A program made the translations under genes and the position numbers. From Vulcanimicrobiota bacterium (GTDB lineage Bacteria; Vulcanimicrobiota; Vulcanimicrobiia; Vulcanimicrobiales; Vulcanimicrobiaceae), in assembly GCA_963820825.1 (NCBI GenBank), contig CAWGBN010000007.1:32001-96000 (forward strand): a stretch of DNA of 64,000 nt. Reading direction: 5' to 3'. This document shows positions 22,809 through 31,830 of the stretch, piece after piece; the stretch's first letter is position 1, and each line of letters starts with the position of its first letter. The notes beneath the pieces are model-generated. The model saw only the letters and a list, made by a program, of their open reading frames with translations. It was not told where the DNA came from and did not search any database.

Positions 22809-23807
22809 GTGCTCTTATTGGGAATCGAAACGTCGTGCGACGATACCGCTGTGGCGGTCGTTCGCAACGGGCGCGACGTGCTTTCGAGCGTCGCGACCAA
22901 TCAAGATACATTTCACGCAAAGTACGGCGGCATCGTTCCCGAGATCGCGAGCCGGCAGCACGTTGCCCTGCTCTCCGCAGCCGTCGAGGATGCGCTCGAG
23001 CGCGCGAGCCTCACGTTTGCCGGAATCGACGGAATCGTGGTGACCTCCGGACCGGGATTGATCGGCAGTCTCGTCGTCGGCGTCGCCGCGGCGAAGGCCT
23101 ATGCGTTCGCGCTCGCGCTTCCGCTCTACGCGGTGAACCATCTCCACGGCCACGTCTTCGCCCCGTTTCTCGATCGCGACGAAGCGCCGCCCTATCCGTT
23201 TCTCACGCTGCTCGTCTCCGGCGGCCATTCACAACTCGTCGCGGTTGAATCGGCAAGTCGAATGCGCGTTCTCGGGCGCACGCACGACGACGCGGCCGGC
23301 GAGGCCTACGACAAGACCGCGCGTCTTCTCGGCCTGCCCTATCCCGGTGGCCCGGCACTCGACGCGCTCGCGCAACGCGGCGATCCGCGCGCATACGCCT
23401 TTCCGCGCCACCGCCCCGCCGGCGATTCACTCGACCTCTCCTTCTCCGGCTTAAAAACGTCGGTACGGTACTTCCTGGAATCGGACGCGGGAAAGACCGC
23501 GAAGCCGGAGGACGTTGCCGCGTCGTTTCAAGCCGCCGTCGTCGACGTGCTGATGGCTCGCCTCGAAGCGGCGTGGGAGCGCGACCACTACAACGCCGTT
23601 ACGCTCTCGGGCGGCGTCGCTGCGAACTCCGCGTTGCAGAAAGCCTTCCGCTTCTGGGCACGTCGCAACGGTATCACCGCATTCATCCCGCCGCCGAAGT
23701 ATTGCACCGACAATGCGGCGATGATCGCCGCGGCTGCGTTCTATCAGCGCGACGCCGTCCGCGCCGACCCGCTCACCCTCACCGCCAACCCCAACCTCCC
23801 GTTCTAA
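22809..23807 (+). CDS. tsaD: tRNA threonylcarbamoyladenosine biosynthesis protein
   Basis: LGIETSCDDT, GGIVPEIASRQH, NHLHGH, DDAAGEAYDK, CTDNAAMI. Confidence 0.97.
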   Translation: MLLLGIETSCDDTAVAVVRNGRDVLSSVATNQDTFHAKYGGIVPEIASRQHVALLSAAVEDALERASLTFAGIDGIVVTSGPGLIGSLVVGVAAAKAYAFALALPLYAVNHLHGHVFAPFLDRDEAPPYPFLTLLVSGGHSQLVAVESASRMRVLGRTHDDAAGEAYDKTARLLGLPYPGGPALDALAQRGDPRAYAFPRHRPAGDSLDLSFSGLKTSVRYFLESDAGKTAKPEDVAASFQAAVVDVLMARLEAAWERDHYNAVTLSGGVAANSALQKAFRFWARRNGITAFIPPPKYCTDNAAMIAAAAFYQRDAVRADPLTLTANPNLPF

Positions 23808-23878
23808 CCGCCTCGCGCGGGCGCTTAAGGTAGTGTCATCATGCGCGAAGGTGCGCCTCTCTTTGGATGACCCGCATG

Positions 23879-25294
23879 CTACTCGGTGTCGGGCGCTCGG
23901 TAATCCATCGGCTGGTGCAGAAAATAGCTACGCTCGTACCGCGACGCGATCGGAACGAACTGACGCGGGCCGCCGGAGAAATCGAAGGCATCGCTTTCGG
24001 GCGAGTTCGCGCGGGTGTCGCTCGCCGCGAGCCGTCCCAGGCCAAACTGGTCCTCGACGAACTTTAAGATGCTGCCGTGCTCGTACGGAACGTGCGAAAC
24101 GTAGCCTTGCTTCGCGTAGGGTGAAATGATCAGCAGCGGCACGCGAAAGCCGAGCCCGTCGTTATCGACGTACGCCGGCGCGACCGGATCGAACCATCCG
24201 CCCGACTCATCCCAAAAAATGAAGATCGCGGTGGAATCCCAAGACGGCGATTCGCCGACCGCGTTGACGAGCTGCGTGACCCACGACGGCCCCGTACTCG
24301 ATCCCGATCCGCCGTGATCGGAGTTGGCATACGTCGGCGTGATCCACGTAACACTTCGCAGCTCGCCCTTTCCGACGTCGGTTATGAATTTCGAAGACGG
24401 CGCGATAACGTCGGCATCCCAATCGGGCCCGTAGCAAATGTGGTGGATCGCCTGATACGCGCTCCAGATTCCGACGCGGCCCTTCCCCGCATCGCCCTGA
24501 ATACCGCCGGTGCCGCAGCTAAAGCTTCCGCCGCCCTTGACCGGCGCCGCATAGAAGGCCCACGTGAGACCCGCCGCATCGAGCTCGTCGCCGAGCGTCG
24601 TCGGATCCCAACACGGTACCTCGCTGCCCGCCTCGTAGTTCCGATTCGGGCCGAGCACCGAAATACGATCGGCGGGTCCGCCGGGACAGCCCCAGAGCGT
24701 CTCCGGATTATCGACCGATGCGTTCGGGTTCACCGCCGCGATCGCATACTGATGCGATACGAAGCTGCTGGTATCGAAATCGGATTCGAACATCTCGTCG
24801 GCGAGCACGTATTGATTCGCCATATCCCAATACGGCTGCGCTTCCGACTGCGGCACGTAGCTGTACGGCGGATCGGGATTCGGGCACGGCGGCGCGGAAG
24901 GTCTTCCGCACGTCCACCGCTGCTTGTCGAAACCGTTCATCCGGCAGTTCGTACCCGGAATGCTTCCCGTGCCGCGGCATGACTTGATAAAACCTTGCGC
25001 GTTGTGCTGAAGATCCCACGTCGTCGCCAGCGTCACCGGCTGCAACGCAATCTGCTGATGCTTCGCGTTGTAGCCGTAGGTCGCCGTCGTCGCGCCCGGA
25101 TAGTTCATGAAGAGGTTGTTGAAGCTGCGGTTCTCCTGGATGATGATCACCACGTGCTGAACCTTCCCGCCCGAGCTCAAACGTTTGGCTTGCGACGGAA
25201 CGCCGCTCGGCGCGCTTGCGCCGGCGGCGCAGCCGGAGAGTATCAACGCCGCCGCAACGGCAATCAGACGAACGCTCAAGGACGCGACGGTCAT
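23879..25294 (-). CDS. Secreted phosphoesterase (phospholipase C/acid phosphatase-like) lipoprotein
   Basis: Lipobox LSGC; QENRSFNNLF, WDESGGWFD, GFRVP. Confidence 0.88.
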   Translation of the reverse strand: MTVASLSVRLIAVAAALILSGCAAGASAPSGVPSQAKRLSSGGKVQHVVIIIQENRSFNNLFMNYPGATTATYGYNAKHQQIALQPVTLATTWDLQHNAQGFIKSCRGTGSIPGTNCRMNGFDKQRWTCGRPSAPPCPNPDPPYSYVPQSEAQPYWDMANQYVLADEMFESDFDTSSFVSHQYAIAAVNPNASVDNPETLWGCPGGPADRISVLGPNRNYEAGSEVPCWDPTTLGDELDAAGLTWAFYAAPVKGGGSFSCGTGGIQGDAGKGRVGIWSAYQAIHHICYGPDWDADVIAPSSKFITDVGKGELRSVTWITPTYANSDHGGSGSSTGPSWVTQLVNAVGESPSWDSTAIFIFWDESGGWFDPVAPAYVDNDGLGFRVPLLIISPYAKQGYVSHVPYEHGSILKFVEDQFGLGRLAASDTRANSPESDAFDFSGGPRQFVPIASRYERSYFLHQPMDYRAPDTE

Positions 25295-25310
25295 GGGCGC
25301 ACCTTCTCAG

Positions 25311-26744
25311 CTACGCCGCCAGAGTCCGCCTCGGCAACAGCATCGTGAGGCTGACCACGACCACGGTGTTGAGCGCGAGCGCCGTGAAGCCTGGATTCAA
25401 CCCGGCCAGCGGCAGTGGATGCATCGTCAGTCCGAGCGCCGCAACCTCACCGACGAGCAGCCCGATCGCCACCGGCACCAGCGAGACGCGCTGCCAAAAG
25501 AGCCCGAAGAGAATGCCGGGCACGAACTGCGCTTGACCGTTGTACACGAACAAGAGGAGATCGACGAGCGACGCCTTCAGAAAGACCCACAGCGTCAGCG
25601 CGACGCACGCGATCAGCACGATGAAGCCCCGCGTTACCCAGGTCTGCGCCGGGCCTTGCTTTGCGATGCCGAAGATGTCGTCCAAGACGTTCTTCATGAG
25701 CTGGCTCGCCGATGCGAGCAGTCGCGTTGCCGATGGGAGCAGCCCCGCCAGCGTGCCGGCGGCACAAACGATGCCGAGCAGCCAGAGCGGAAAGTGCGCT
25801 TGGAGCACTCTCAAATATGCGCTGTCGCTCTCCGTGCCGTGCAGGCCGGGAAGCACGAGCCGGGCCGTATATCCCGCGAAGAACATCGGTACCAGCATCA
25901 CGCTGTAGAGCGGCAAGAGCATCGCGTTGCGGCGGACGGTCTCCTCGCTCTTTGCCGAATAGGTCGCCGCCACCGCGTTGACGCCGACGAAGAAGCCTAC
26001 GACGTTGAGCATCGCCGTGCTCATATACCAGAGCTTTCCGTTCCCAGCCGTCCAGGCGCCGATCGTAAAGGCCTGCGGCCGTGCGGCGATCGCGTGCGCC
26101 AGCATCGCCGAAGGCGAACCGAAGAATGCAATCGGCAAGATGATTCCGGCGATCGCGATGCCGGCGAACATCAGGGCATCCTTGACGATACTCGCCCACG
26201 CCATGCCGCGAAGACCGGCCGTAAAGACGAAGAGCGTGATCAGTCCGAAGGCAATCAGCACCGCATGCATTCCGTCGATCGCGCCGAGGCCTGCGATCGC
26301 GAGAATGATCTGCAGCCCCGTGAGATAGAGCAGCAGCGCCAGCGCTTCGGTAAAGGTCGAGATCAGCGCGGTAATCGCACCGAAGGGCTTGCTTTTGTAG
26401 CGTGCGGCGAAGAAGTCTCCAAAGGTTAGAAGATCGCGCTCCTTCGCGTAGCGCCAGAGCCTCGGCAGGTAGAGATACGCGACGATGTACGCGCCGCCGC
26501 CGACAGCGAGGATATAGTAGATCTCGGCGCCGCGGCCGTAGACCCAACCCGCGATGCCCAGAAACGTAAAGGTCGTGTAGAGTTCGCCGCCCATCAGCAC
26601 CCAGAGCAGGATCACTCCGAACGACCGCCCGCCGAGGATAAACTGCGCCGGATCGCTTCCGATTCGACGCACCGCGAACAGCGCGAAGGCAATCGTTCCC
26701 AAGACGACCGCCGCGACGATCGCAATCGGCAGCGGCAAGCTCAC
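25311..26744 (-). CDS. Sodium:solute symporter, paralog of 5776-7209
   Basis: GGRSFG and GELYTTFTFLG; GTGA overlap with the small partner gene. Confidence 0.88.
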   Translation of the reverse strand: MSLPLPIAIVAAVVLGTIAFALFAVRRIGSDPAQFILGGRSFGVILLWVLMGGELYTTFTFLGIAGWVYGRGAEIYYILAVGGGAYIVAYLYLPRLWRYAKERDLLTFGDFFAARYKSKPFGAITALISTFTEALALLLYLTGLQIILAIAGLGAIDGMHAVLIAFGLITLFVFTAGLRGMAWASIVKDALMFAGIAIAGIILPIAFFGSPSAMLAHAIAARPQAFTIGAWTAGNGKLWYMSTAMLNVVGFFVGVNAVAATYSAKSEETVRRNAMLLPLYSVMLVPMFFAGYTARLVLPGLHGTESDSAYLRVLQAHFPLWLLGIVCAAGTLAGLLPSATRLLASASQLMKNVLDDIFGIAKQGPAQTWVTRGFIVLIACVALTLWVFLKASLVDLLLFVYNGQAQFVPGILFGLFWQRVSLVPVAIGLLVGEVAALGLTMHPLPLAGLNPGFTALALNTVVVVSLTMLLPRRTLAA

Positions 26745-26914
26745 GATGCTCGCAGACGCTCCACGAGCAAGAGGCAGAACGGCGTTAAGACGATCCACGC
26801 GACGAGCCACCACATGATCGGCGGCATGCCGAAGACGCGGGGCTCGGTGCTCGCGATAAAGGCGGGCACGATCAGGAGCGCAACGAGCGGAACGACGATC
26901 AGGGCGACGCGCAC
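26741..26914 (-). CDS. Small DUF3311-like membrane protein, absent from the ORF track
   Basis: SD AAGGAG, GTG start; MRVALIVVPLVALLIVPAFIASTEPRVFGMPPIMWWLVAWIVLTPF, similar to 5570-5779. Confidence 0.8.
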   Translation of the reverse strand: MRVALIVVPLVALLIVPAFIASTEPRVFGMPPIMWWLVAWIVLTPFCLLLVERLRAS

Positions 26915-26952
26915 TTCACCGGCTCCTTCGAGACAAACGGCTAGAGGATCCC

Positions 26953-26988
26953 GTGGGATCTAATCCCCAGCCGGCGGGTCCGAAGCCT
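26953..26988 (-). other. Degenerate duplicate of the tRNA-Arg 3' half (att-like scar)
   Basis: GTGGGATCTAATCCCCAGCCGGCGGGTCCGAAGCCT aligns to 27862-27898 with 28 of 37 identities counted by hand. Confidence 0.6.
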
Positions 26989-27150
26989 CCTCGTGGCTCG
27001 AAAAATAATCCCCGCGACTTGCAAAAGGCTTATGTCTCACATGACGACGCAGCCATTGGGGGCTTTCTCTTTTTGGGTCGGCGTGATGGGCGATTGCTTG
27101 ACGAGCAACAACTACGGTGTTTTGGAGGCGCGATGGATGTTTCTCTCTGG

Positions 27151-27753
27151 TCAGGCAGTCATTCGCTCACGCCGGTACGCCTGTTTGATACTGAATACTA
27201 GGAACCAAGCTTGGCGCAGTTTAGACAGCGTAGAAATGCGCGTCGCTAGGTCTGGCTTTTGCGAAATAAGTTGCTGACGATACGCCGCAGTTTCATACAC
27301 ATGTCCTTGGATTATCGACTCTTCGCCATCCTGTGGAAGCTCGTCAAACAAATCTTCTTGCCTCTTGCGAAGTCTGAAGGCGGTGCGATAAGCGGACAGG
27401 AGAATGAATGCTGACGACAGGGCAACCGTTGCGGCCCACAGCATCAATCCGGCAATCCAACGGTCTGGAAAGTTGGTTACAAGCCCTGCAACCAGCGCAG
27501 CAAAGAGAATCGCGGCACCGTAGCTGGACATCGTGGTAGCGGCCAGCGCGATTAGACGGCGGTCGAAGATAGCAATATCCTGCGGTCTCGTCCCGGCCAT
27601 ACCAGGGAGCAAGGCAGCGACATGAGGCTCTCGGGGACCACCAAGTTGGTTGAGCCACGCCGCGACGACCTGGCAAAGCGTACCGCCTATGCCTGTAAGA
27701 ACGGAGAGACTTGCAAACGCATGTCGCACGACTTGAAGCTCAGAATCGGTCAT
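27151..27753 (-). CDS. Hypothetical membrane protein in a lower-GC islet
   Basis: About three hydrophobic segments; GAAGGGGA before ATG; visibly more AT-rich than the flanks. Confidence 0.55.
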   Translation of the reverse strand: MTDSELQVVRHAFASLSVLTGIGGTLCQVVAAWLNQLGGPREPHVAALLPGMAGTRPQDIAIFDRRLIALAATTMSSYGAAILFAALVAGLVTNFPDRWIAGLMLWAATVALSSAFILLSAYRTAFRLRKRQEDLFDELPQDGEESIIQGHVYETAAYRQQLISQKPDLATRISTLSKLRQAWFLVFSIKQAYRRERMTA

Positions 27754-27853
27754 TTATCCCCTTCGAGGGAAGTCGGCGGTCTTAATACCTTTCGGACCAA
27801 ATCCAAATGGAGGTCCTAAGAAAATCATATAGTTCATTTGCGTTTTTTAGAAT

Positions 27854-27926
27854 CGCGGTCGGAGGGACTCGAACCCCCAACCTACAGGTTCGAAGCCTGG
27901 TGCTCTATCCGTTGAGCTACGACCGC
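27854..27926 (-). tRNA. tRNA-Arg (anticodon TCG), CCA not encoded
   Basis: Acceptor GCGGTCG/CGACCGC, D arm GCTC/GAGC, anticodon loop CT-TCG-AA, T loop TTCGAGT. Confidence 0.95.
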
Positions 27927-27936
27927 GTAGATTCCG

Positions 27937-27965
27937 GTCATCCTTCGACAAGATCAGGATGACAC
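27937..27965. repeat. REP-like repeat; contains the cfa stop codon
   Basis: GTCATCCT-TCGACAAGATC-AGGATGAC hairpin. Confidence 0.75.
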
Positions 27966-29243
27966 ATTGTACAAGTCGCGCCGGGTCGATGGAAGGTCGA
28001 CGCGGCCGTCGGCGTGCGGCCGCGCGAGAAGCGATTGATAGACGCCGAGCCGGCCGGTGCGGAATCCCTGCGCGCTTCCGGCCATGTAGAGCCGCCAGAG
28101 GCGATAGCTCGCCTCTCCCGCTGCGGCGATCGCCGCAGCGCGATTGCGTTCGAGGTTCTTCACCCACTCGCGTAGCGTCCGGGCATAGTGCTCGCGCAGA
28201 TTCTCAACGTCGCGCACTTCGAAGCCGGCGCGCTCCGCCACGCCGAGACCTTCGGAGACGGCGACGAGCTCGCCGTCGGGAAAGATGAACCGCTCGATGA
28301 GGTCGCTCGCCGGTCTTAAACGCTGCCGCCGGCTCTCCTCGGCGATTGCGTGGTTGAGGAAGAGTCCGCCCGGGCGCAACGCATCGTAAGCCGCACGAAA
28401 ATACTGCGCAAAGCGCGACCGTCCGACGTGTTCGAACATCCCGACGCTCACGATCTTGTCGAACCTTTCGCCGCGCAGCTCGCGATAATCGCAGAGCTCG
28501 ACGGTCGCAAACGCCGAGACGCCCGCAGCCGCGATACGCCGCCGCGCTTCTTCATATTGCGGACGGCTCAAGGTGATCCCGAGCGCGTAGGCTCCCAGCT
28601 GCGCCGCCCGAATGACCAGCGCTCCCCAACCACAACCGATGTCGAGCAGACGCTCGCCGGGCGACAACCGCAGCTTATGCAGCGTGTAGCCGAGTTTCGC
28701 CGCTTGCGCATCCTCCAGGCAATGAACGCCCTCGTCGAAGTACGCGCACGAATAGACCATGTCGCGGTCGAGAAAGCTTCGGTAGAACCCGATCGGCTGG
28801 TCGTAATGAAAGCCGATTGCGGCGCGATCGCGCTTGCGCGAATGCGCCCGGCCGCGAAGCTTCGCCTCGCGCAGGCGCGGCGGCGATTCCTTCGGCAAGC
28901 GACGCAGCAGCGTCACGAGCCGCACGAGCTCGCGTCCGCGCAGCGACGCATTCGAATGTAAGAGCGTATCGACGGCGTCTTCCAGGCTTCCCTCGACGTC
29001 GAGCAGCCCCGCCGCTAAGGCCCGGGCCGCCGAGAGCTCGAGCGGGGGCGTAAATGCGGTGCGCAGCGCGCCCGGTGAGTTGACCTGCAGCACGAACCGC
29101 TCCTCGCCCGGTGCGGCGATGCGAGTTCCGTCCCAGAGACGAATGCCGAAATCGCGCGCGTATGCCTCGCGGAAGATCAGGCGAAGAACCGCGACGGCTA
29201 TCCGCGCGTTCGGGTCGTTCGAGGCGAACCGCTCAGCGCTCAA
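27954..29243 (-). CDS. cfa: Cyclopropane-fatty-acyl-phospholipid synthase family methyltransferase
   Basis: FHYD, MVYSCAYF, LLDIGCGWG, SVGMFEHVG, IFPDGEL, HYARTL; probable TTG start 29243. Confidence 0.9.
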   Translation of the reverse strand: MSAERFASNDPNARIAVAVLRLIFREAYARDFGIRLWDGTRIAAPGEERFVLQVNSPGALRTAFTPPLELSAARALAAGLLDVEGSLEDAVDTLLHSNASLRGRELVRLVTLLRRLPKESPPRLREAKLRGRAHSRKRDRAAIGFHYDQPIGFYRSFLDRDMVYSCAYFDEGVHCLEDAQAAKLGYTLHKLRLSPGERLLDIGCGWGALVIRAAQLGAYALGITLSRPQYEEARRRIAAAGVSAFATVELCDYRELRGERFDKIVSVGMFEHVGRSRFAQYFRAAYDALRPGGLFLNHAIAEESRRQRLRPASDLIERFIFPDGELVAVSEGLGVAERAGFEVRDVENLREHYARTLREWVKNLERNRAAAIAAAGEASYRLWRLYMAGSAQGFRTGRLGVYQSLLARPHADGRVDLPSTRRDLYNVSS

Positions 29244-29874
29244 ACGAAACGATTTGATTCGCTTCGCGGTGATTGGTCCAGAATCTCGAACCATCGTACG
29301 CGAGCGCCCGCGCCGCGAAGGGTATGCGCGCGAGATCCTCCGATCCGGAGCCGCCGTTGGCGGCGACTTTCGTCAAAAAGTACTCGCCGCTATCCTCGTC
29401 GTCGGTGGTGACGAGATAGAAAGCGCCGTCGAAGTAGCACTGCCCGCAGATCTGATGCGGCACCTCGATTTGACGCACGACCTTTCCCCGTTCGTCCAAA
29501 CCGAGAATGCGCCGATTGTACCACTGGCTCAGGTAGAGCCACGTGCCGTCGAAGCTCAACTGCGAACCCGTGAACTCGGGGCAGTCGATCGAGTCTTGCG
29601 TTTTGAAACCGTGGCCGGGAATGAACCGCCGGATGATGCGGTCGTCGTCCTCGCCGACCCCGCAGACCACGCGCAGCTCGTCGCCGACGACGGTCATCCC
29701 CCACGGCTTCCCCGGCACGTTATCTTCCTCGATGACGGTCCACTGCAGCGGATTGATCGCGTAGAGACGATCCGTATCGATCGACCCCATCCAGAGCTTA
29801 TCGCCGTCGAAGGCGAGCGCCTGAGGGCGCGGGGCGGGCGACGGCAACCTTAACGATTCTTTTACGTCTTGCAC
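29233..29874 (-). CDS. Beta-propeller hypothetical protein (glutamine cyclotransferase-like repeats)
   Basis: Repeats ALAFDGDKLW, LSFDGTWLY, ALAYDGSRFW. Confidence 0.65.
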   Translation of the reverse strand: MQDVKESLRLPSPAPRPQALAFDGDKLWMGSIDTDRLYAINPLQWTVIEEDNVPGKPWGMTVVGDELRVVCGVGEDDDRIIRRFIPGHGFKTQDSIDCPEFTGSQLSFDGTWLYLSQWYNRRILGLDERGKVVRQIEVPHQICGQCYFDGAFYLVTTDDEDSGEYFLTKVAANGGSGSEDLARIPFAARALAYDGSRFWTNHREANQIVSFER

Positions 29875-29976
29875 GCTAGGAGCATACGTCGTTGGCGGAG
29901 GCCCACCTCTCCGGCCGGTCGCGGCGCGCCACCGCGCGTAAGTAGGGTAGACTTACAGAGCAATGGAGGGCGTGCC

Positions 29977-30900
29977 ATGCCGATCGTTCCGGTCACTGCG
30001 CCGCAGGCGGTAACGCCGGGCGGCGGCTTCGATTACGTCACCGTCGACGCGCAGCGGCAGCGCGTCTACGCCGCGCACGGCGGCGGCGGCGGATTATTGA
30101 TCGCCGATGCGTCGACCGGCAGCGTGCTGGGAATCGTCAAGGTCGGCCCGATGGCCGGCGTCGCCGTCGATCCGGCGACCGGTCACGTCTTCACGGGCAA
30201 CTCACGCGGCCGTTCGGTGAGCGAGGTCGACCCCGCATCGCAGAATATTCTGCGAACCGTGGCCGTCGACGGTCCGGTCGACGCGATCGCCTACGACCCG
30301 GCACTCAAGCGCATCTACGCCGACGAAGACAACGGGACACGCATCTTCGTGATCGACGCTACCGGCTTCACGCAGATCGCGACCGTGACGCTTCCCGGTC
30401 ATAAGCCGGAGTACGTTCAGGTCGATCCGCAGACGCACGAGGTCTACTAGAATATCTCGACCGACGATGCCGCCGTCAGCCAAATCGCCGTGATCGATCC
30501 GACTTCGCTGCGCGTCGTACGCGCGATCCCCACCCCGTTTCTGAAGAGCGATCATCCGCTGCAGTACGACGCCACGCACCGTGCGTTGTTCGTCGCCGGC
30601 GAGAACGGCGAGCTCGCCGTCTTCGATCGCTCCGGGAAGCTCTTACATAGAGTGGGCTATCCCGGCCGGGTCGATCAATGCAGTTGGGAGCCCTCGCGCG
30701 GTTGGCTCGCCTGCGCCGGCGGAGGCATCACCCTCTACTCCTTCGACGGCACGTCCGATCCCAAACTCCTCGCGACGCTCGCGGTCGCGCCGGGACTCCA
30801 TACGACGGCGATCGATCCGAGCACCGGAACGATTTGGGCGGTCTGGAGCGATCGCACCACCGGAGCGGCGCGGCTTCAGGGATTTACGTATAAGCCGTAG
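29977..30900 (+). pseudogene. YncE/YVTN-like beta-propeller gene with an in-frame TAG at 30448-30450
   Basis: SD GGAGG; GFDYVTVD; same frame continues VY*NIS to 30900. Confidence 0.75.
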
Positions 30901-31722
30901 TTAGGGTGACGGTGCGGGACTCGGCAACGCGTTGTTGCAGAGCGCGGCACTCGCCATCACCGATTGCGCGGCCTCGTTTTCGCGCGTCGCGGTCGTATCG
31001 ATCGTCCAGTGCAGCGCGTCGATCAGGCGCGTCACCGGATTGTAGCCGAGCGCCAAGCCTGGAACCGTCGCCAAATCGATCGAGTACGGGTTCGGCGGAA
31101 GCCCGGCGTAGTTCGGATTCGCCTCGAGCGGATTCGGCCCGGGCGTTGCGATCTTCGCGTTGGTGTCGGGTTGAGCGATCGAGCTGATGTACGCCTCGCC
31201 GGCGTGCTGCAGATCGGCCATCTGCTGGGTATCGACGAACCCGCTGATGATATCGAGCGAAGCATTCTGCGCCGCGAGCGCCTTGAGCAGCTTATCGCGA
31301 ATCGACTGCAGCTCGCGATCGTCCTCCTCCACCCCGGTCGCGGTCGTGAGCTGCGGTGAATCGAGCGCGGTCTGAATCGCGATGATGTTGTTGGCGATCG
31401 GACGGATGAGGTTCTCCATCCCCTGCAGCGCCATATTCTGCGCGGGGTTCGAGGTGCTGCCGCCGGGATCGCCCCCCGGAGAGTTCTGAGCGCTGGTCGA
31501 GGCATCGTTGCCGTAGAGCGACGCGTCGTTATACTGCTTAAAGAGAGCGGGGCTTCGCTTGATCGTCGTATCGTTCTGCAGCATCATCCCGATCGCCGGC
31601 GCGATAACCTGATGGAGCCGGCTGCACAGCGGCCGCGTAACGACGCGGTAAATCTGGGGCGGCGGCGTCGGCGACGCGCCAACCACGAGGAGCGCCGCCA
31701 TCAACGCGACTATTGCTCGCAC
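30901..31722 (-). CDS. Secreted hypothetical protein
   Basis: Signal peptide, Pro-rich ends, helical core with terminal cysteines. Confidence 0.7.
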   Translation of the reverse strand: MRAIVALMAALLVVGASPTPPPQIYRVVTRPLCSRLHQVIAPAIGMMLQNDTTIKRSPALFKQYNDASLYGNDASTSAQNSPGGDPGGSTSNPAQNMALQGMENLIRPIANNIIAIQTALDSPQLTTATGVEEDDRELQSIRDKLLKALAAQNASLDIISGFVDTQQMADLQHAGEAYISSIAQPDTNAKIATPGPNPLEANPNYAGLPPNPYSIDLATVPGLALGYNPVTRLIDALHWTIDTTATRENEAAQSVMASAALCNNALPSPAPSP

Positions 31723-31772
31723 ATTATCTCTCTACGGCTAAGACGCCCGGAGGCACCTGCCTGTGACCCTCG

Positions 31773-31818
31773 CCCTTCGACTCCGCATCGCTCCGCGATG
31801 CTGCGCTCAGGATGACAC
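31773..31818. repeat. REP-like repeat
   Basis: CCCTTCGACTCCGCATCGCTCCGCGATGCTGCGCTCAGGATGACAC. Confidence 0.8.
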
Positions 31819-31830
31819 GGCGGGTGGCCG

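Noticed and set aside
30448..30450. Pyrrolysine or recoded amber codon
   Set aside because: TAG is a normal stop for many genes here (rpoC, hpt-like) and no pyl genes are seen.
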